From Escherichia coli (GTDB lineage: Bacteria; Pseudomonadota; Gammaproteobacteria; Enterobacterales; Enterobacteriaceae), in NCBI RefSeq assembly GCF_050920415.1, contig NZ_CP169309.1: a stretch of 64,000 nucleotides of DNA, one strand, 5' to 3'. The notes under the pieces are model-generated. The model made no database searches, was not told the origin of the DNA, and saw only the letters and a list, made by a program, of their open reading frames with translations. Of the stretch, positions 51,105-61,546 are shown one piece after another (the first letter of the stretch is position 1; every line of letters starts with the position of its first letter). A program made the position numbers and the translations under genes.

Positions 51105-52085
51105 ATGCGCAAATATCGTCTAAGTGAAGAACAGCGAGCCTTTAGTTATCAGGATGATGGCACTAAAAAAAGTGTGTTATTACGGCAAATTATCGCCATG
51201 AGCGATTTTAACGATGTGATAGCAGGAACCGCTGGCGGCTGGATCGATCGCGAAACGGTGTTAGCGCAGGAAGGTAATTGCTGGATTTACGATCAGAATG
51301 CTATTGCGTTCGGCGGAACGGTGATTTCCGGTAATACGCGTATCACCGGCACCAGCGTCCTTTGGGGAGAGGTTTACGCAACGGATAACGTCTGGATCGA
51401 TAATAGTGAAGTCAGTCAGGGTGCATATATAAGTGACAGTGTCACCATTCGTGACTCATTAGTTTGCGGTCAATGTAGAATATTTGGTCACGCCTTAATT
51501 GATCAACATTCTATGATCGTCGCCGCGCAAGGCTTAACCTCCGACCATCAACTCCTGCTACAAATTTATGATCGCGCAAGGATTAGCGCCTCGCGTATTG
51601 TCCATCAGGCACAAATTTATGGCGATGCCGTCGTCCGGTATGCTTTTATTGAACATCGCGCCGAAGTTTTTGATTTTGCCAGTATTGAAGGTAATGAAGA
51701 GAACAACGTCTGGCTATGCGATTGCGCTAAAGTCTACGGTCACGCGCAGGTGAAAGCTGGCATAGAAGAAGATGCCATTCCGACAATTCATTACAGTTCG
51801 CAGGTAGCGGAATATGCCATTGTGGAAGGTAATTGTGTGTTAAAACATCATGTCTTGATTGGCGGAAAGGCAGTGGTACGTGGCGGACCGATTCTGCTCG
51901 ACGAGCACGTTGTAATACAAGGTGAGAGCCGTATTACAGGTGCGGTGATAATTGAAAACCATGTGGAGTTGACCGACCACGCCGTCGTTGAAGCCTTTGA
52001 TGGCGACACGGTTCATGTCCGTGGTCCAAAAGTCATTAACGGCGAAGAGCGCATTACGCGAACGCCGCTGGCAGGGTTATTGTGA
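51105..52085 (+). CDS. ydcK: Uncharacterised conserved protein
   Basis: 326-aa [33 protein letters not shown]... Confidence 0.8.
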   Translation: MRKYRLSEEQRAFSYQDDGTKKSVLLRQIIAMSDFNDVIAGTAGGWIDRETVLAQEGNCWIYDQNAIAFGGTVISGNTRITGTSVLWGEVYATDNVWIDNSEVSQGAYISDSVTIRDSLVCGQCRIFGHALIDQHSMIVAAQGLTSDHQLLLQIYDRARISASRIVHQAQIYGDAVVRYAFIEHRAEVFDFASIEGNEENNVWLCDCAKVYGHAQVKAGIEEDAIPTIHYSSQVAEYAIVEGNCVLKHHVLIGGKAVVRGGPILLDEHVVIQGESRITGAVIIENHVELTDHAVVEAFDGDTVHVRGPKVINGEERITRTPLAGLL

Positions 52086-52616
52086 ATCGATAATACGCGC
52101 GTATAAGTTCACATCATCATAGGCATCATTCAGGAACTCAGCCTGTTTCAGGCAACCTTCAAGGATAAAACCATTGCGCAAAGCGACCTGGTTGCTTTGC
52201 GCATTGTCCACCCGACATTTGATCACGAAGCGTCTAAGTTCACCAGACTGAGCGTAATGATGAATCAATGCCTGCAGCGCCTGAGAAATGATCCCCTGCC
52301 CCTGATGAGATTCGTCCAGCCAGTAGCCGATTTCAGCGGTTTTATTCAGTGGTTCAATACGATTAAACGAGATAACGCCGATAAGTTCATCTTCTTTGAA
52401 AATCATGAACATTTTGGCATAGCCGCGTTGATGCAACATTACATTGCCCTGCACCGTTTTTCGCGTGTCCTCTTCACTTTGAACAAACTGCGGCCAGTTT
52501 AGCGACTGCTGTAACCAGGTTCTATTTTTACAGATTAACTGATAAAGAGGTGTGACATGACTTTCTGCAACAGCATGTAATTCAAGTGATTCACTTACTT
52601 TTATCGTTTCAGCCAT
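52077..52616 (-). CDS. rimL: Ribosomal protein L7/L12-serine acetyltransferase (GNAT)
   Basis: Track ORF 52077..52631; conserved start [21 protein letters not shown]. Confidence 0.85.
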   Translation of the reverse strand: MAETIKVSESLELHAVAESHVTPLYQLICKNRTWLQQSLNWPQFVQSEEDTRKTVQGNVMLHQRGYAKMFMIFKEDELIGVISFNRIEPLNKTAEIGYWLDESHQGQGIISQALQALIHHYAQSGELRRFVIKCRVDNAQSNQVALRNGFILEGCLKQAEFLNDAYDDVNLYARIIDSQ

Positions 52617-52644
52617 CTTATCTCCAGTCAATCCATGCAGTTGT

Positions 52645-52670
52645 TAAAAAAGCCGCCTGGCTGGCGGCTT
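52645..52670 (-). terminator. Rho-independent terminator after ydcH
   Basis: Minus strand AGCCGCCAGCCAGGCGGCT hairpin followed by TTTTTTAA. Confidence 0.55.
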
Positions 52671-52678
52671 AGGAAAGT

Positions 52679-52903
52679 TTACACCTCTTTGACGCTCTCC
52701 TGCTGCAGGATTTTGAGCATCTCATCTTTTAACTGTAGCTTTTGTTTTTTCATGCGGACCACTTCCGCATTGTACCCTCGACCGTCGGAACCTTCCTTTC
52801 TGGCAATTTCATGATCAAGTTTATTGTGTTTATCGAACAAGGACATAAAGCGAGGATTTTCGTTTTTCAGACGGGATATTAAATCTCGGTATTCTGGAAA
52901 CAT
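52679..52903 (-). CDS. ydcH: Small DUF465-family protein
   Basis: MFPEYRDLISRLKNENPRFMSLFDKHNKLDHEIARKEG... within track ORF 52679..52909. Confidence 0.75.
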   Translation of the reverse strand: MFPEYRDLISRLKNENPRFMSLFDKHNKLDHEIARKEGSDGRGYNAEVVRMKKQKLQLKDEMLKILQQESVKEV

Positions 52904-53043
52904 ACGCACTCCCTGTTAGTGGCTGACAAGGTGTATCTGAAATACACACCATCAGATTACTCATTTAACTTAGGGAAAAATGCGAGCGGGATCGTGTTTA
53001 ACCAGACGGCACCTCCCGAAGAAGGTGCCGAAGAAAAAAACGA

Positions 53044-54699
53044 TTAACTCATCACGCGGTCGTCAACATACTGACGTTTATCCGGCGCTGGCGGGAAATA
53101 CTGATACAGCCATGTTTCACTGATAGCGTCGCCCTGACAACGCAGATACATCCGCATATCGACCGGATCAGTGGAGTCCGAAGTCGGATACCAGTCAAAC
53201 TGAATACGATAACCATCAATGGGTTCAATATAGAGAATTTCGATTTGCTTCGCTTCCCCACTGGAAAGCGTAATCACCGGCTCAATGCCTTTTGGTGCGG
53301 CAGCTTTCAGATCACCACCAACGAAATCGACGGCAAAACGACGCGCCCATTTTTCGGGATAGTGTTCACCAGGCGCCCAACCTTCCGGGAAACCGCCCAT
53401 GCCGGTACGCGTTGCCATAACGCGCGCTAATGGGCAATGAACAGGCGGTTGCGCACTCCAGTACAGACGATACTGGAATGCAAACTCATCACCCGCTTTT
53501 ACAGCTTTTTCTGGCTGCCAGAAGCAGACAATGTTATCCAGCGTTTCGCCCGTTGTTGGGATTTCCATCAGGCCGATGGTGCCCTTACCCCACTTGTTAC
53601 GCGGTTCCACCCACAGACTTGGGCGTTTGTTATACCAGCCCATAATGTCCTGATAATGAGAGAAATCACGATCCAGTTGCAATAAACCAAACCCTTTCGG
53701 GTTGTTGTCGGTGTAAGCATTGAACTGCAATTTTTGCGGATTATTCAGCGGACGGCAAATCCACTCGCCGTTGCCCCGCCACATGGACAGACGATCAGAG
53801 TCATGGATTTGCGGATGAATGGTGTCGCACATCCGACGTTCATTAGTGCCGCAGCTGAACATGCTGGTCATCGGCGCAATGCCCAGCTGTTTAATGTCTT
53901 TGCGCGCATACAGGTGATTTTCCACATCCATAATCACCTGACTTTTCTCACAATGGATAGTGAACTTATAGGCACCAGTAATGCTGGCGCTATCGAGCAA
54001 CGCATAAACGGTAAAGGTGGTTGCCCCCGGTTTTACCGTATCAAACCAGAAGGCGGTAAAGTCGGGGAACTCTTCTTTACTGTCGGTGTAAGTGTCGATC
54101 GCCAGGCCGCGAGCCGACAAACCGTATTGATATGTATCATCAACCGCGCGGAAATAACTCGCACCGAGGAATGATACGACATCACGGCGCGCCAGTTCGG
54201 GGGCTTTAAACACGCGAAAACCGGCAAAACCGAGATCGCTTTGCCCTTCTAATTGTTTGGTATCAACACCCGCATCGTTGTATTTGAACAACTCCGGGCG
54301 AAAGTGAATTTCACGCGCCAGATGTGTTGCGGGATCAACAGAAAACATACGAACGCGGCGACGGAATCCCATTCCCATATGGAAGAACTGAGCGTCCAGT
54401 TGACGGTTCTCAACGTTATGCCAGAGCGATTTTTCGGCGTCGTATTGAATACTGTTATAAGCCTGCGGCGTCATTGTCGCCAGAGTGTCAGGTAACGGAC
54501 GCGGCGCACCACGCCACGCGGTTTGCGCTAAGTCGTGCGCCATTGACTGTAGAATGGAGAAGTCAAAACGCTGGGTTTGCCCGTCGGCAATATCAGAATC
54601 TGCCGCGAATGCCGCCTGAGAAAAAAGAGAAGCAATGCCGCTGGTACCGCACACGGCGGCCATAGCCATTGAACCTTTAATAAATCGTCTACGATCCAT
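53044..54699 (-). CDS. opgD: Glucans biosynthesis protein D (periplasmic, Tat signal)
   Basis: 551 aa with twin-arginine signal [32 protein letters not shown]. Confidence 0.9.
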   Translation of the reverse strand: MDRRRFIKGSMAMAAVCGTSGIASLFSQAAFAADSDIADGQTQRFDFSILQSMAHDLAQTAWRGAPRPLPDTLATMTPQAYNSIQYDAEKSLWHNVENRQLDAQFFHMGMGFRRRVRMFSVDPATHLAREIHFRPELFKYNDAGVDTKQLEGQSDLGFAGFRVFKAPELARRDVVSFLGASYFRAVDDTYQYGLSARGLAIDTYTDSKEEFPDFTAFWFDTVKPGATTFTVYALLDSASITGAYKFTIHCEKSQVIMDVENHLYARKDIKQLGIAPMTSMFSCGTNERRMCDTIHPQIHDSDRLSMWRGNGEWICRPLNNPQKLQFNAYTDNNPKGFGLLQLDRDFSHYQDIMGWYNKRPSLWVEPRNKWGKGTIGLMEIPTTGETLDNIVCFWQPEKAVKAGDEFAFQYRLYWSAQPPVHCPLARVMATRTGMGGFPEGWAPGEHYPEKWARRFAVDFVGGDLKAAAPKGIEPVITLSSGEAKQIEILYIEPIDGYRIQFDWYPTSDSTDPVDMRMYLRCQGDAISETWLYQYFPPAPDKRQYVDDRVMS

Positions 54700-54923
54700 A
54701 CCTGAAAGTGAGTCCTTCTGGTGTTGTGAATGGTCCCGCGCTGGTCGTTTTCAGCGGCAAGAAAGTGCTTATTTATGACCGCTCACTCTAGACAATATTT
54801 ATTAATAATCCAATTGTTGAACTCAGAGAATATGCATTAATCGGCAATTTTTTTATGTCGATGGGATGAGCCTGATTCGTTTGTAAAATCAGGCAAATTT
54901 TTGCAAAGGCGGATGGTCAGAAT

Positions 54924-56267
54924 TTAAAGCAAACCACAGCGACGTTTACTGCGTTCTTCCGCTTCCTGATAAAGCTGGAACTCATCCAAAACCGGGCAGC
55001 CCAACGCCTGCTCAAATGCTTCGCGACTGGCATTACCGTGACTGCGTGCCTGCGTTTCATTACCCAGATTTGACTGGAAGATCCCCGCCGCGCTAACGGG
55101 CAAGAAATCTTCATAGGTAATGGGTTGCGCCACTATCCAACCACGTTCAATTAAGGGCTGTGGATCGTCTCCGGGATGAATCGCCTGACGATGCGCCTCA
55201 CCCGAAGGCGTCAAACGGTACCGGAACCATGCCAACCCTTGCTGACGCATTAAAAACTCACTGTCAGGAAAAGTGCGGAAGGTTTCCTGTAAATGCATTT
55301 GGTGAGTGAGATTATCCTGCCCGGTTCCAGCGTTCCGCAGTAGATCATCATACAGTTGTCGTCCTTTCGGCGTTAATGCCACGCCACGCTGCTCTATTTC
55401 ACCAAAGCGCGCGGTATGCGTGCCCTGTTTCTGCCCCGCAAACAACACCGTCTCTTCCAGTGCTTTAAAGCTGGTCTGGCGTAGTAAAATCGGTACCTCG
55501 CGGCGCGGCGGCCCTTCGATCAGAATTTTGGGTTCAATTCCGCATTCAGGCATCATCGACTGCACCCGGTCAATATCCAGCGTGCGTGGCGTCAGGTGGT
55601 TGATATGGCATCCAGGAAAACAGACCACATCAGCAATCAGCCGATGTTCGTTATGCAAGGCGCGATAGGTTACTTCATCCACCGTTGCTGACTGGTGCCA
55701 GCGAAACGTTTCCAGGGCTTCCTGCACAAACTCCTGTGCCTGTGTTTCGTTAAAACCGCCCCGCTGCTCATACTCCTCTAACAGTTGTCGACAACGTGGG
55801 GTGAAGATATCGCGCTGACATAGAATCTCCGCCGCTTTCTGGCGCAAAAATTCGTTCTCGATAAGCTCCAGGCGGAGTAATGAGGTAAAAACGCGGAAGG
55901 GATTACGCGCCAGAGAAGCATCATCAATGGGCCGAAATGCTGTGGAATGTACCGGCACCCCCGCCTGCGAGAGATCGTAATAGCTCACCGGGTACATCCC
56001 CATAATGGCAAACATCCGCCGAAGAGTAGCAAGCTCTTGTGCAGTCCCAACGCGAATTGCCCCATGACGTTCAACATTCAGTCGCGCCAGCTCGTCTGCA
56101 TTTACCATTTTTTCGTGCAGTTGAGGATTGTTTTCCAGCACAGCCAGATTCACATCAGCTACCAGTTCCAGCAGCGTGCCGTACTGCGGAACTTCTTGCT
56201 GGTACATGGCTGACATTGCCTGCGAAAACTGTTCCCGAATCTCATCCGCCGTGATGCTGTTCGCCAT
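54924..56267 (-). CDS. ydcJ: DUF1338-family protein
   Basis: Track ORF 54924..56282; conserved start MANSITADEIREQF. Confidence 0.8.
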   Translation of the reverse strand: MANSITADEIREQFSQAMSAMYQQEVPQYGTLLELVADVNLAVLENNPQLHEKMVNADELARLNVERHGAIRVGTAQELATLRRMFAIMGMYPVSYYDLSQAGVPVHSTAFRPIDDASLARNPFRVFTSLLRLELIENEFLRQKAAEILCQRDIFTPRCRQLLEEYEQRGGFNETQAQEFVQEALETFRWHQSATVDEVTYRALHNEHRLIADVVCFPGCHINHLTPRTLDIDRVQSMMPECGIEPKILIEGPPRREVPILLRQTSFKALEETVLFAGQKQGTHTARFGEIEQRGVALTPKGRQLYDDLLRNAGTGQDNLTHQMHLQETFRTFPDSEFLMRQQGLAWFRYRLTPSGEAHRQAIHPGDDPQPLIERGWIVAQPITYEDFLPVSAAGIFQSNLGNETQARSHGNASREAFEQALGCPVLDEFQLYQEAEERSKRRCGLL

Positions 56268-56483
56268 AATGTCTGCCTCCATTGGTCAGTAATCTGGAGT
56301 GTAGGTAACCACATTCACTCTGGCGGGAAGAATTTACAAACTGTGATCTCGCCGCGAAAACATCAATATTATCCATTTTCCTGTAACGCAATTGCTTTAA
56401 TTGTTAATAATATTTTGCAATCAAGTTATCATAATCAAACAACTTCACTTGTCAGCGACACCGCTTCGTTTTTAACATCGCTT

Positions 56484-57407
56484 ATGGAAAAAAATAGTCT
56501 GTTTAGTCAGCGCATCCGTTTGCGCCACCTTCATACATTCGTAGCTGTTGCACAACAAGGAACTTTGGGGCGCGCAGCTGAAACCCTTAATTTGAGTCAA
56601 CCTGCGCTCTCCAAGACATTGAATGAACTAGAGCAATTGACAGGTGCTCGCTTGTTTGAGCGTGGTCGTCAGGGGGCGCAACTTACCTTACCCGGCGAAC
56701 AATTTTTAACACATGCAGTCAGAGTTCTTGACGCTATTAACACTGCCGGACAGTCGCTTCATCGTAAAGAAGGTCTTAACAATGATGTCGTCAGGGTAGG
56801 TGCATTACCTACCGCGGCGCTGGGAATATTACCTTCAGTTATAGGTCAGTTTCATCAGCAACAAAAAGAGACGACCTTGCAAGTTGCGACAATGAGTAAC
56901 CCTATGATTCTGGCAGGTTTGAAGACCGGCGAAATCGATATCGGGATTGGTCGAATGTCAGATCCCGAACTGATGACCGGGCTTAATTATGAATTGCTGT
57001 TTCTTGAATCGCTGAAGTTGGTCGTTCGTCCCAATCACCCACTGCTTCAAGAGAACGTAACGCTAAGTCGGGTGCTGGAATGGCCTGTCGTTGTATCACC
57101 AGAAGGTACTGCACCACGCCAGCATTCAGATGCATTAGTGCAGAGCCAGGGCTGTAAAATTCCTTCGGGCTGTATCGAAACGCTGTCTGCTTCGCTATCT
57201 CGTCAACTTACGGTTGAATACGACTACGTGTGGTTTGTCCCTTCTGGCGCTGTAAAAGACGACCTGCGTCATGCCACGCTGGTGGCCCTGCCTGTTCCGG
57301 GGCATGGTGCAGGCGAACCGATCGGAATATTGACCCGCGTAGATGCGACGTTCTCTTCCGGTTGCCAATTGATGATTAACGCTATTCGAAAATCAATGCC
57401 GTTCTGA
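56484..57407 (+). CDS. ydcI: LysR-family transcriptional regulator
   Basis: Track ORF 56343..57407; conserved start MEKNSLFSQRIRLRHLHTFVAVAQQGTLGRAAETLNLSQPALSKTLNELE (HTH). Confidence 0.85.
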   Translation: MEKNSLFSQRIRLRHLHTFVAVAQQGTLGRAAETLNLSQPALSKTLNELEQLTGARLFERGRQGAQLTLPGEQFLTHAVRVLDAINTAGQSLHRKEGLNNDVVRVGALPTAALGILPSVIGQFHQQQKETTLQVATMSNPMILAGLKTGEIDIGIGRMSDPELMTGLNYELLFLESLKLVVRPNHPLLQENVTLSRVLEWPVVVSPEGTAPRQHSDALVQSQGCKIPSGCIETLSASLSRQLTVEYDYVWFVPSGAVKDDLRHATLVALPVPGHGAGEPIGILTRVDATFSSGCQLMINAIRKSMPF

Positions 57408-57412
57408 AAAGT

Positions 57413-57445
57413 AAGGGATCTTTCGATCCCTTCTTTGATATTTTC
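57413..57445. terminator. Bidirectional rho-independent terminator between ydcI and trg
   Basis: AAGGGATCTTTCGATCCCTT hairpin with T-rich tracts on both sides. Confidence 0.5.
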
Positions 57446-59084
57446 ACGCTGTTGCGAAACTAACAGACTCACCAGCTCCGCGTGATTCTGCCAACACAGA
57501 ATGTTTGTTCAGGCGGAAAACGTCTACCGCCTCAGTTAATCGTGCAGCCTGTTCTTCAAGGGACACCGCCGCCGCTGAGGCCTCTTCTACCAGAGAAGCA
57601 TTCTGTTGCGTCACCTTATCCATTTCGGAAATCGCCTGGCTCACCTGCGTTATGCCTCTACTTTGTTCATCCGAGGCGGCGGCAATCTCCTGCATGATAT
57701 GTGTGACACTCGCGACGGCATCAACAATCGTGCTCATGGTTTTCCCTGCCGTTGCCACTTCAACCGACCCCAGGTCAATTAACCTGACTGATTCACTGAT
57801 CAAGCCTTCAATCTCTTTCGCCGCCTGGGCGCTGCGACTTGCGAGTGTCCGTACTTCGCTGGCGACAACGGCAAATCCACGTCCTTGCTCACCCGCTCGT
57901 GCGGCTTCAACGGCAGCATTCAGCGCCAGAATATTTGTCTGGAAAGCAATGCTGTTGATGACGGCAGTGATCTCGGAAATTTTCTTTGAACTCGTGGAGA
58001 TTGCTCCCATCGTTCTAACTACACCGGAAACCGTCTCCCCGCCATCGCTGGCTTTAATGGAGGCCTCTTGCGCCAGTTTGCTGGCATGATGCGCGTTATC
58101 CGCATTCTGTTTCACCGTCGCAGTGAGTTGCTCCATGCTAGCGGCAGTTTGTTCGATTGCCGCCGCTTGTTCTTCGGTGCGAGATGAAAGGTCCGCATTG
58201 CCAGCGGAAATTTCGCTGGTGCCACGATAAATCTCTTCCGCGCCCTGTCGAACAGTCCCGACTGTCATCCCCAGTGAATGCTGCATTTGCTGTAAATGAT
58301 GACTTAAGCGACCGATTTCATTACGACCCGCCGGTTCATCATTCATCGTCAGATCGCCACTGGCAATTTTTTCAATCCGTTGTGCGGCATGTTGCAGTGG
58401 ACGAATGACGATCCGACGTAGCACCATAAATGTTATCAGCGTCATGACCACGGCAAGCACAAACGCGCCAATCATAAACATCACACCCAGGCGGGTACGC
58501 TGATGGGCCTGTTCCGCCAGTTGGTTGGCTCTGGTGCTACGTATCTTAACGGCTTTGTTCAAAATATCGGTATAAGCATTATCCAGCGGTCGGATCTGCT
58601 CACTTTCATGATTGATAATCGCTTCAAACATGCCATTTTTGGCATATTTCAACATAGGTTGCATACCCGTGATATAAGCCTGGAAACGTTGATTTAATTC
58701 AGCGTCGAGAGCTTCATCAGCAAGTGTTTTCACCGGCCGACTCTGGTAAGCCCGATAACCTTGCTGCGACTGTTTAATCTCCGATTCGGCTTGCGCAATA
58801 TTTCGCTTCATTGCTTCCATTTCCGCAATACGACTCGCCGCCCCGGCCTGAATCATATTGATCCGGGCCGAACGCAAAAAATCTGAGCTGTTCGCTAACC
58901 CGGTCCGAATCTCAATCTCCGCAGTCACATCACGCTGATCGCGATCGGCCTGCCAGAGGAAATAGCCAGCCAGGGCTGAACTCAAGGCAAACAGAAGTAA
59001 GATACCGCCAAGAATGCAGGCAAATAACGGAACCAGCCTGATGTGATGCAAAAAACCTAATCGCTGTGAGGGAGTTGTATTCAT
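57444..59084 (-). CDS. trg: Methyl-accepting chemotaxis protein III
   Basis: 546-aa [40 protein letters not shown]...; HAMP and MCP signalling region. Confidence 0.9.
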   Translation of the reverse strand: MNTTPSQRLGFLHHIRLVPLFACILGGILLLFALSSALAGYFLWQADRDQRDVTAEIEIRTGLANSSDFLRSARINMIQAGAASRIAEMEAMKRNIAQAESEIKQSQQGYRAYQSRPVKTLADEALDAELNQRFQAYITGMQPMLKYAKNGMFEAIINHESEQIRPLDNAYTDILNKAVKIRSTRANQLAEQAHQRTRLGVMFMIGAFVLAVVMTLITFMVLRRIVIRPLQHAAQRIEKIASGDLTMNDEPAGRNEIGRLSHHLQQMQHSLGMTVGTVRQGAEEIYRGTSEISAGNADLSSRTEEQAAAIEQTAASMEQLTATVKQNADNAHHASKLAQEASIKASDGGETVSGVVRTMGAISTSSKKISEITAVINSIAFQTNILALNAAVEAARAGEQGRGFAVVASEVRTLASRSAQAAKEIEGLISESVRLIDLGSVEVATAGKTMSTIVDAVASVTHIMQEIAAASDEQSRGITQVSQAISEMDKVTQQNASLVEEASAAAVSLEEQAARLTEAVDVFRLNKHSVLAESRGAGESVSFATA

Positions 59085-59366
59085 TACCGTTGTCTCTCTT
59101 CCAGGTTTACTCCTGATAGAAAGTCATCGGCATTTGACGGTAATTACTTACGACTAAAAACCTCTTTGCGTCACATTTTTACAACAATTATTGCAGAGAA
59201 GATTAATGCCATTGGATTGAAGAAAGTGAGGAATGGTTAAACTGGCTAACCCGAATGACGAAAAATTCTGGAAAACAGCACGCTATTTCGTGAAGTGATT
59301 ATTTTCGTCCCTAAGGAAACCTCATAGGATGCCTGCGGGTGCCTGTACTGCCCCCCTTTTTACGCT

Positions 59367-59540
59367 TCAGTTAGTGCATGTTTTTTTCGATGCACTAATA
59401 GAACCATCATTACAGACAAATTTGCCGCCTGCTGTACAGTGAGAGATCCCCCCTTTCGAACCAGAGCAGGGTTTGCGCCCGGCATCGGCATAAAAGGAAA
59501 CAAGCGCTCCCATAACCAAGATAAGTGCCAATTTTTTCAT
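59367..59540 (-). CDS. ydcA: 57-aa secreted Cys-rich small protein
   Basis: My translation of the minus strand: MKKLALILVMGALVSFYADAGRKPCSGSKGGISHCTAGGKFVCNDGSISASKKTCTN; below the ORF-track threshold. Confidence 0.7.
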   Translation of the reverse strand: MKKLALILVMGALVSFYADAGRKPCSGSKGGISHCTAGGKFVCNDGSISASKKTCTN

Positions 59541-59710
59541 ATAACCTCCATGGTTTATCGAATCTTATGTTCGATTTGAACGTTATACGCTGGTTTATTT
59601 TGATACCGTTGATGAGATCAAAGAACGGGTGAATTGATTAAAGATAAGCCAGATGGGCATATGGACAAGGATTATGGTTTTATTTGTCATACAAATAAAT
59701 ATAATAGGCG

Positions 59711-59775
59711 CTTCCGATGTAGGCCCGTATTCTTCGCCTGTACCACGGGTCGGTTTTAGTACAGGCGTTTTCTTT
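59711..59775 (+). ncRNA. rydC: RydC Hfq-dependent small RNA
   Basis: CTTCCGATGTAGGCCCGTATTCTTCGCCTGTACCACGGGTCGGTTTTAGTACAGGCGTTTTCTT matches remembered RydC, including the terminator hairpin CGCCTGTAC...GTACAGGCG plus U-run. Confidence 0.75.
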
Positions 59776-59784
59776 AAATATCCT

Positions 59785-60315
59785 TCAGGAACGTTTACGC
59801 GGCATCATGCGTAGAAGTGTGTTGTCCTTCCAGAAATAGTGGTGTGCCAGTGCAGCCGCAGCGTGCAACCCGATGACAAAATATCCCAGATTCGCCAGCG
59901 TCTCATGCCACCACTTTAAGCTATCAACCCGTTCGAAATTGGCCTCTGCTGCGTAAGGCATTGTCATACCAAACGCAAACCATGGGTTGCCCCGGTTATA
60001 CATCATCACCAAACCAATCACTGGTAGCGCAATAAACAGGAGATAAATCACCAAATGTCCCAAATGTGCCAGTCCCGTCATCATCGGTTTTGGTTTAGGT
60101 ACAATCGGCGGAGTTGGGTATTTAAGCCTTAACAAAAGACGAACAACCATCAGCACGAGAATTGAGATGCCACAGGAAACATGAATCATGTTGATGAGCG
60201 GCCGATCGCTACGTGGGAAGAAACCACGAAACTCCATTGCGCAATACGCTGCGATAACCAGCAAAAAGACCAGCCAGTGAATGCCGATTTGTAACCTTGA
60301 ATATTTACTTTCCAT
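59785..60315 (-). CDS. cybB: Cytochrome b561
   Basis: Track ORF 59785..60351; conserved start MESKYSRLQIGIHWLVFLLVIAAYCAMEFRG. Confidence 0.85.
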   Translation of the reverse strand: MESKYSRLQIGIHWLVFLLVIAAYCAMEFRGFFPRSDRPLINMIHVSCGISILVLMVVRLLLRLKYPTPPIVPKPKPMMTGLAHLGHLVIYLLFIALPVIGLVMMYNRGNPWFAFGMTMPYAAEANFERVDSLKWWHETLANLGYFVIGLHAAAALAHHYFWKDNTLLRMMPRKRS

Positions 60316-60503
60316 AACATTTCCTGCTTTAACATAATTTTCCGTTAACATAACGAGCTTTTCTTAAAATTTCATTAAATTTTGTTCACCCGTTTTCAGT
60401 ACGTTACGTTTCACGGCAAGAATGTAGATTGCCCATCCCGCCATCCTGGTCTAAGCCTGGAAAGGATCAATTTTCATCCGAACGTTCCTGACAGGAGAAG
60501 ACC

Positions 60504-61505
60504 ATGAGTAAAGTTGGTATTAACGGTTTTGGTCGTATCGGTCGACTGGTGTTGCGTCGATTACTTGAAGTCAAAAGCAACATAGACATTGTCGCTATTA
60601 ATGATCTCACTTCCCCAAAAATTCTCGCCTACCTGCTGAAACATGATTCAAACTACGGACCGTTCCCCTGGAGCGTTGATTTTACGGAAGATTCACTTAT
60701 CGTTGATGGAAAAAGTATCGCGGTTTACGCCGAAAAAGAGGCTAAAAATATTCCATGGAAAGCGAAAGGCGCAGAAATCATTGTCGAATGTACTGGCTTT
60801 TATACCTCCGCCGAGAAATCGCAGGCGCACCTTGATGCTGGTGCGAAGAAGGTGTTGATTTCCGCCCCTGCCGGTGAAATGAAAACCATCGTTTATAACG
60901 TCAATGACGACACACTGGATGGCAACGACACCATTGTTTCCGTGGCGTCATGCACCACTAACTGTCTTGCACCGATGGCCAAAGCCTTGCACGACAGTTT
61001 CGGAATAGAAGTCGGCACGATGACGACCATTCATGCCTATACTGGCACCCAGTCACTGGTGGATGGCCCGCGAGGTAAAGATCTACGCGCTTCACGTGCA
61101 GCGGCAGAAAATATCATTCCCCACACTACAGGCGCGGCAAAAGCCATTGGTCTGGTGATCCCAGAACTGAGCGGCAAACTGAAAGGTCATGCGCAACGCG
61201 TACCCGTGAAAACAGGTTCGGTGACTGAACTGGTGTCTATTCTTGGAAAAAAAGTGACTGCCGAAGAGGTGAACAACGCGCTTAAAAACGCGACAAACAA
61301 TAACGAGTCATTTGGTTATACCGATGAAGAAATAGTCTCTTCTGATATCATTGGCAGCCATTTCGGGTCGGTGTTTGATGCCACGCAAACCGAAATTACC
61401 GCCGTGGGCGATTTACAGCTGGTGAAAACGGTCGCCTGGTATGATAACGAATATGGCTTCGTCACGCAGCTTATTCGCACCCTCGAAAAATTCGCTAAAC
61501 TCTGA
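60504..61505 (+). CDS. gapC: Glyceraldehyde-3-phosphate dehydrogenase, intact 333-aa frame
   Basis: [22 protein letters not shown]... (NAD-binding GxGxxG); active-site context SCTTNCLAP. Confidence 0.9.
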   Translation: MSKVGINGFGRIGRLVLRRLLEVKSNIDIVAINDLTSPKILAYLLKHDSNYGPFPWSVDFTEDSLIVDGKSIAVYAEKEAKNIPWKAKGAEIIVECTGFYTSAEKSQAHLDAGAKKVLISAPAGEMKTIVYNVNDDTLDGNDTIVSVASCTTNCLAPMAKALHDSFGIEVGTMTTIHAYTGTQSLVDGPRGKDLRASRAAAENIIPHTTGAAKAIGLVIPELSGKLKGHAQRVPVKTGSVTELVSILGKKVTAEEVNNALKNATNNNESFGYTDEEIVSSDIIGSHFGSVFDATQTEITAVGDLQLVKTVAWYDNEYGFVTQLIRTLEKFAKL

Positions 61506-61511
61506 CGAGCA

Positions 61512-61541
61512 AAGGCGGAGGGAAAAGCCTCCGCCTCTTTC
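61512..61541 (+). terminator. Rho-independent terminator after gapC, shared with convergent aldA
   Basis: AGGCGGAGG-GAAAAGC-CTCCGCCT hairpin followed by CTTTC. Confidence 0.5.
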
Positions 61542-61546
61542 ACTCA

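Noticed and set aside
59085-59366. Search for a Hok-like toxin ORF (MKHNPLVV...) and sok antisense RNA between trg and ydcA
   Set aside because: Both strands give only frames of 12-13 codons with no Hok resemblance; treated as absence of the module rather than a hidden gene.
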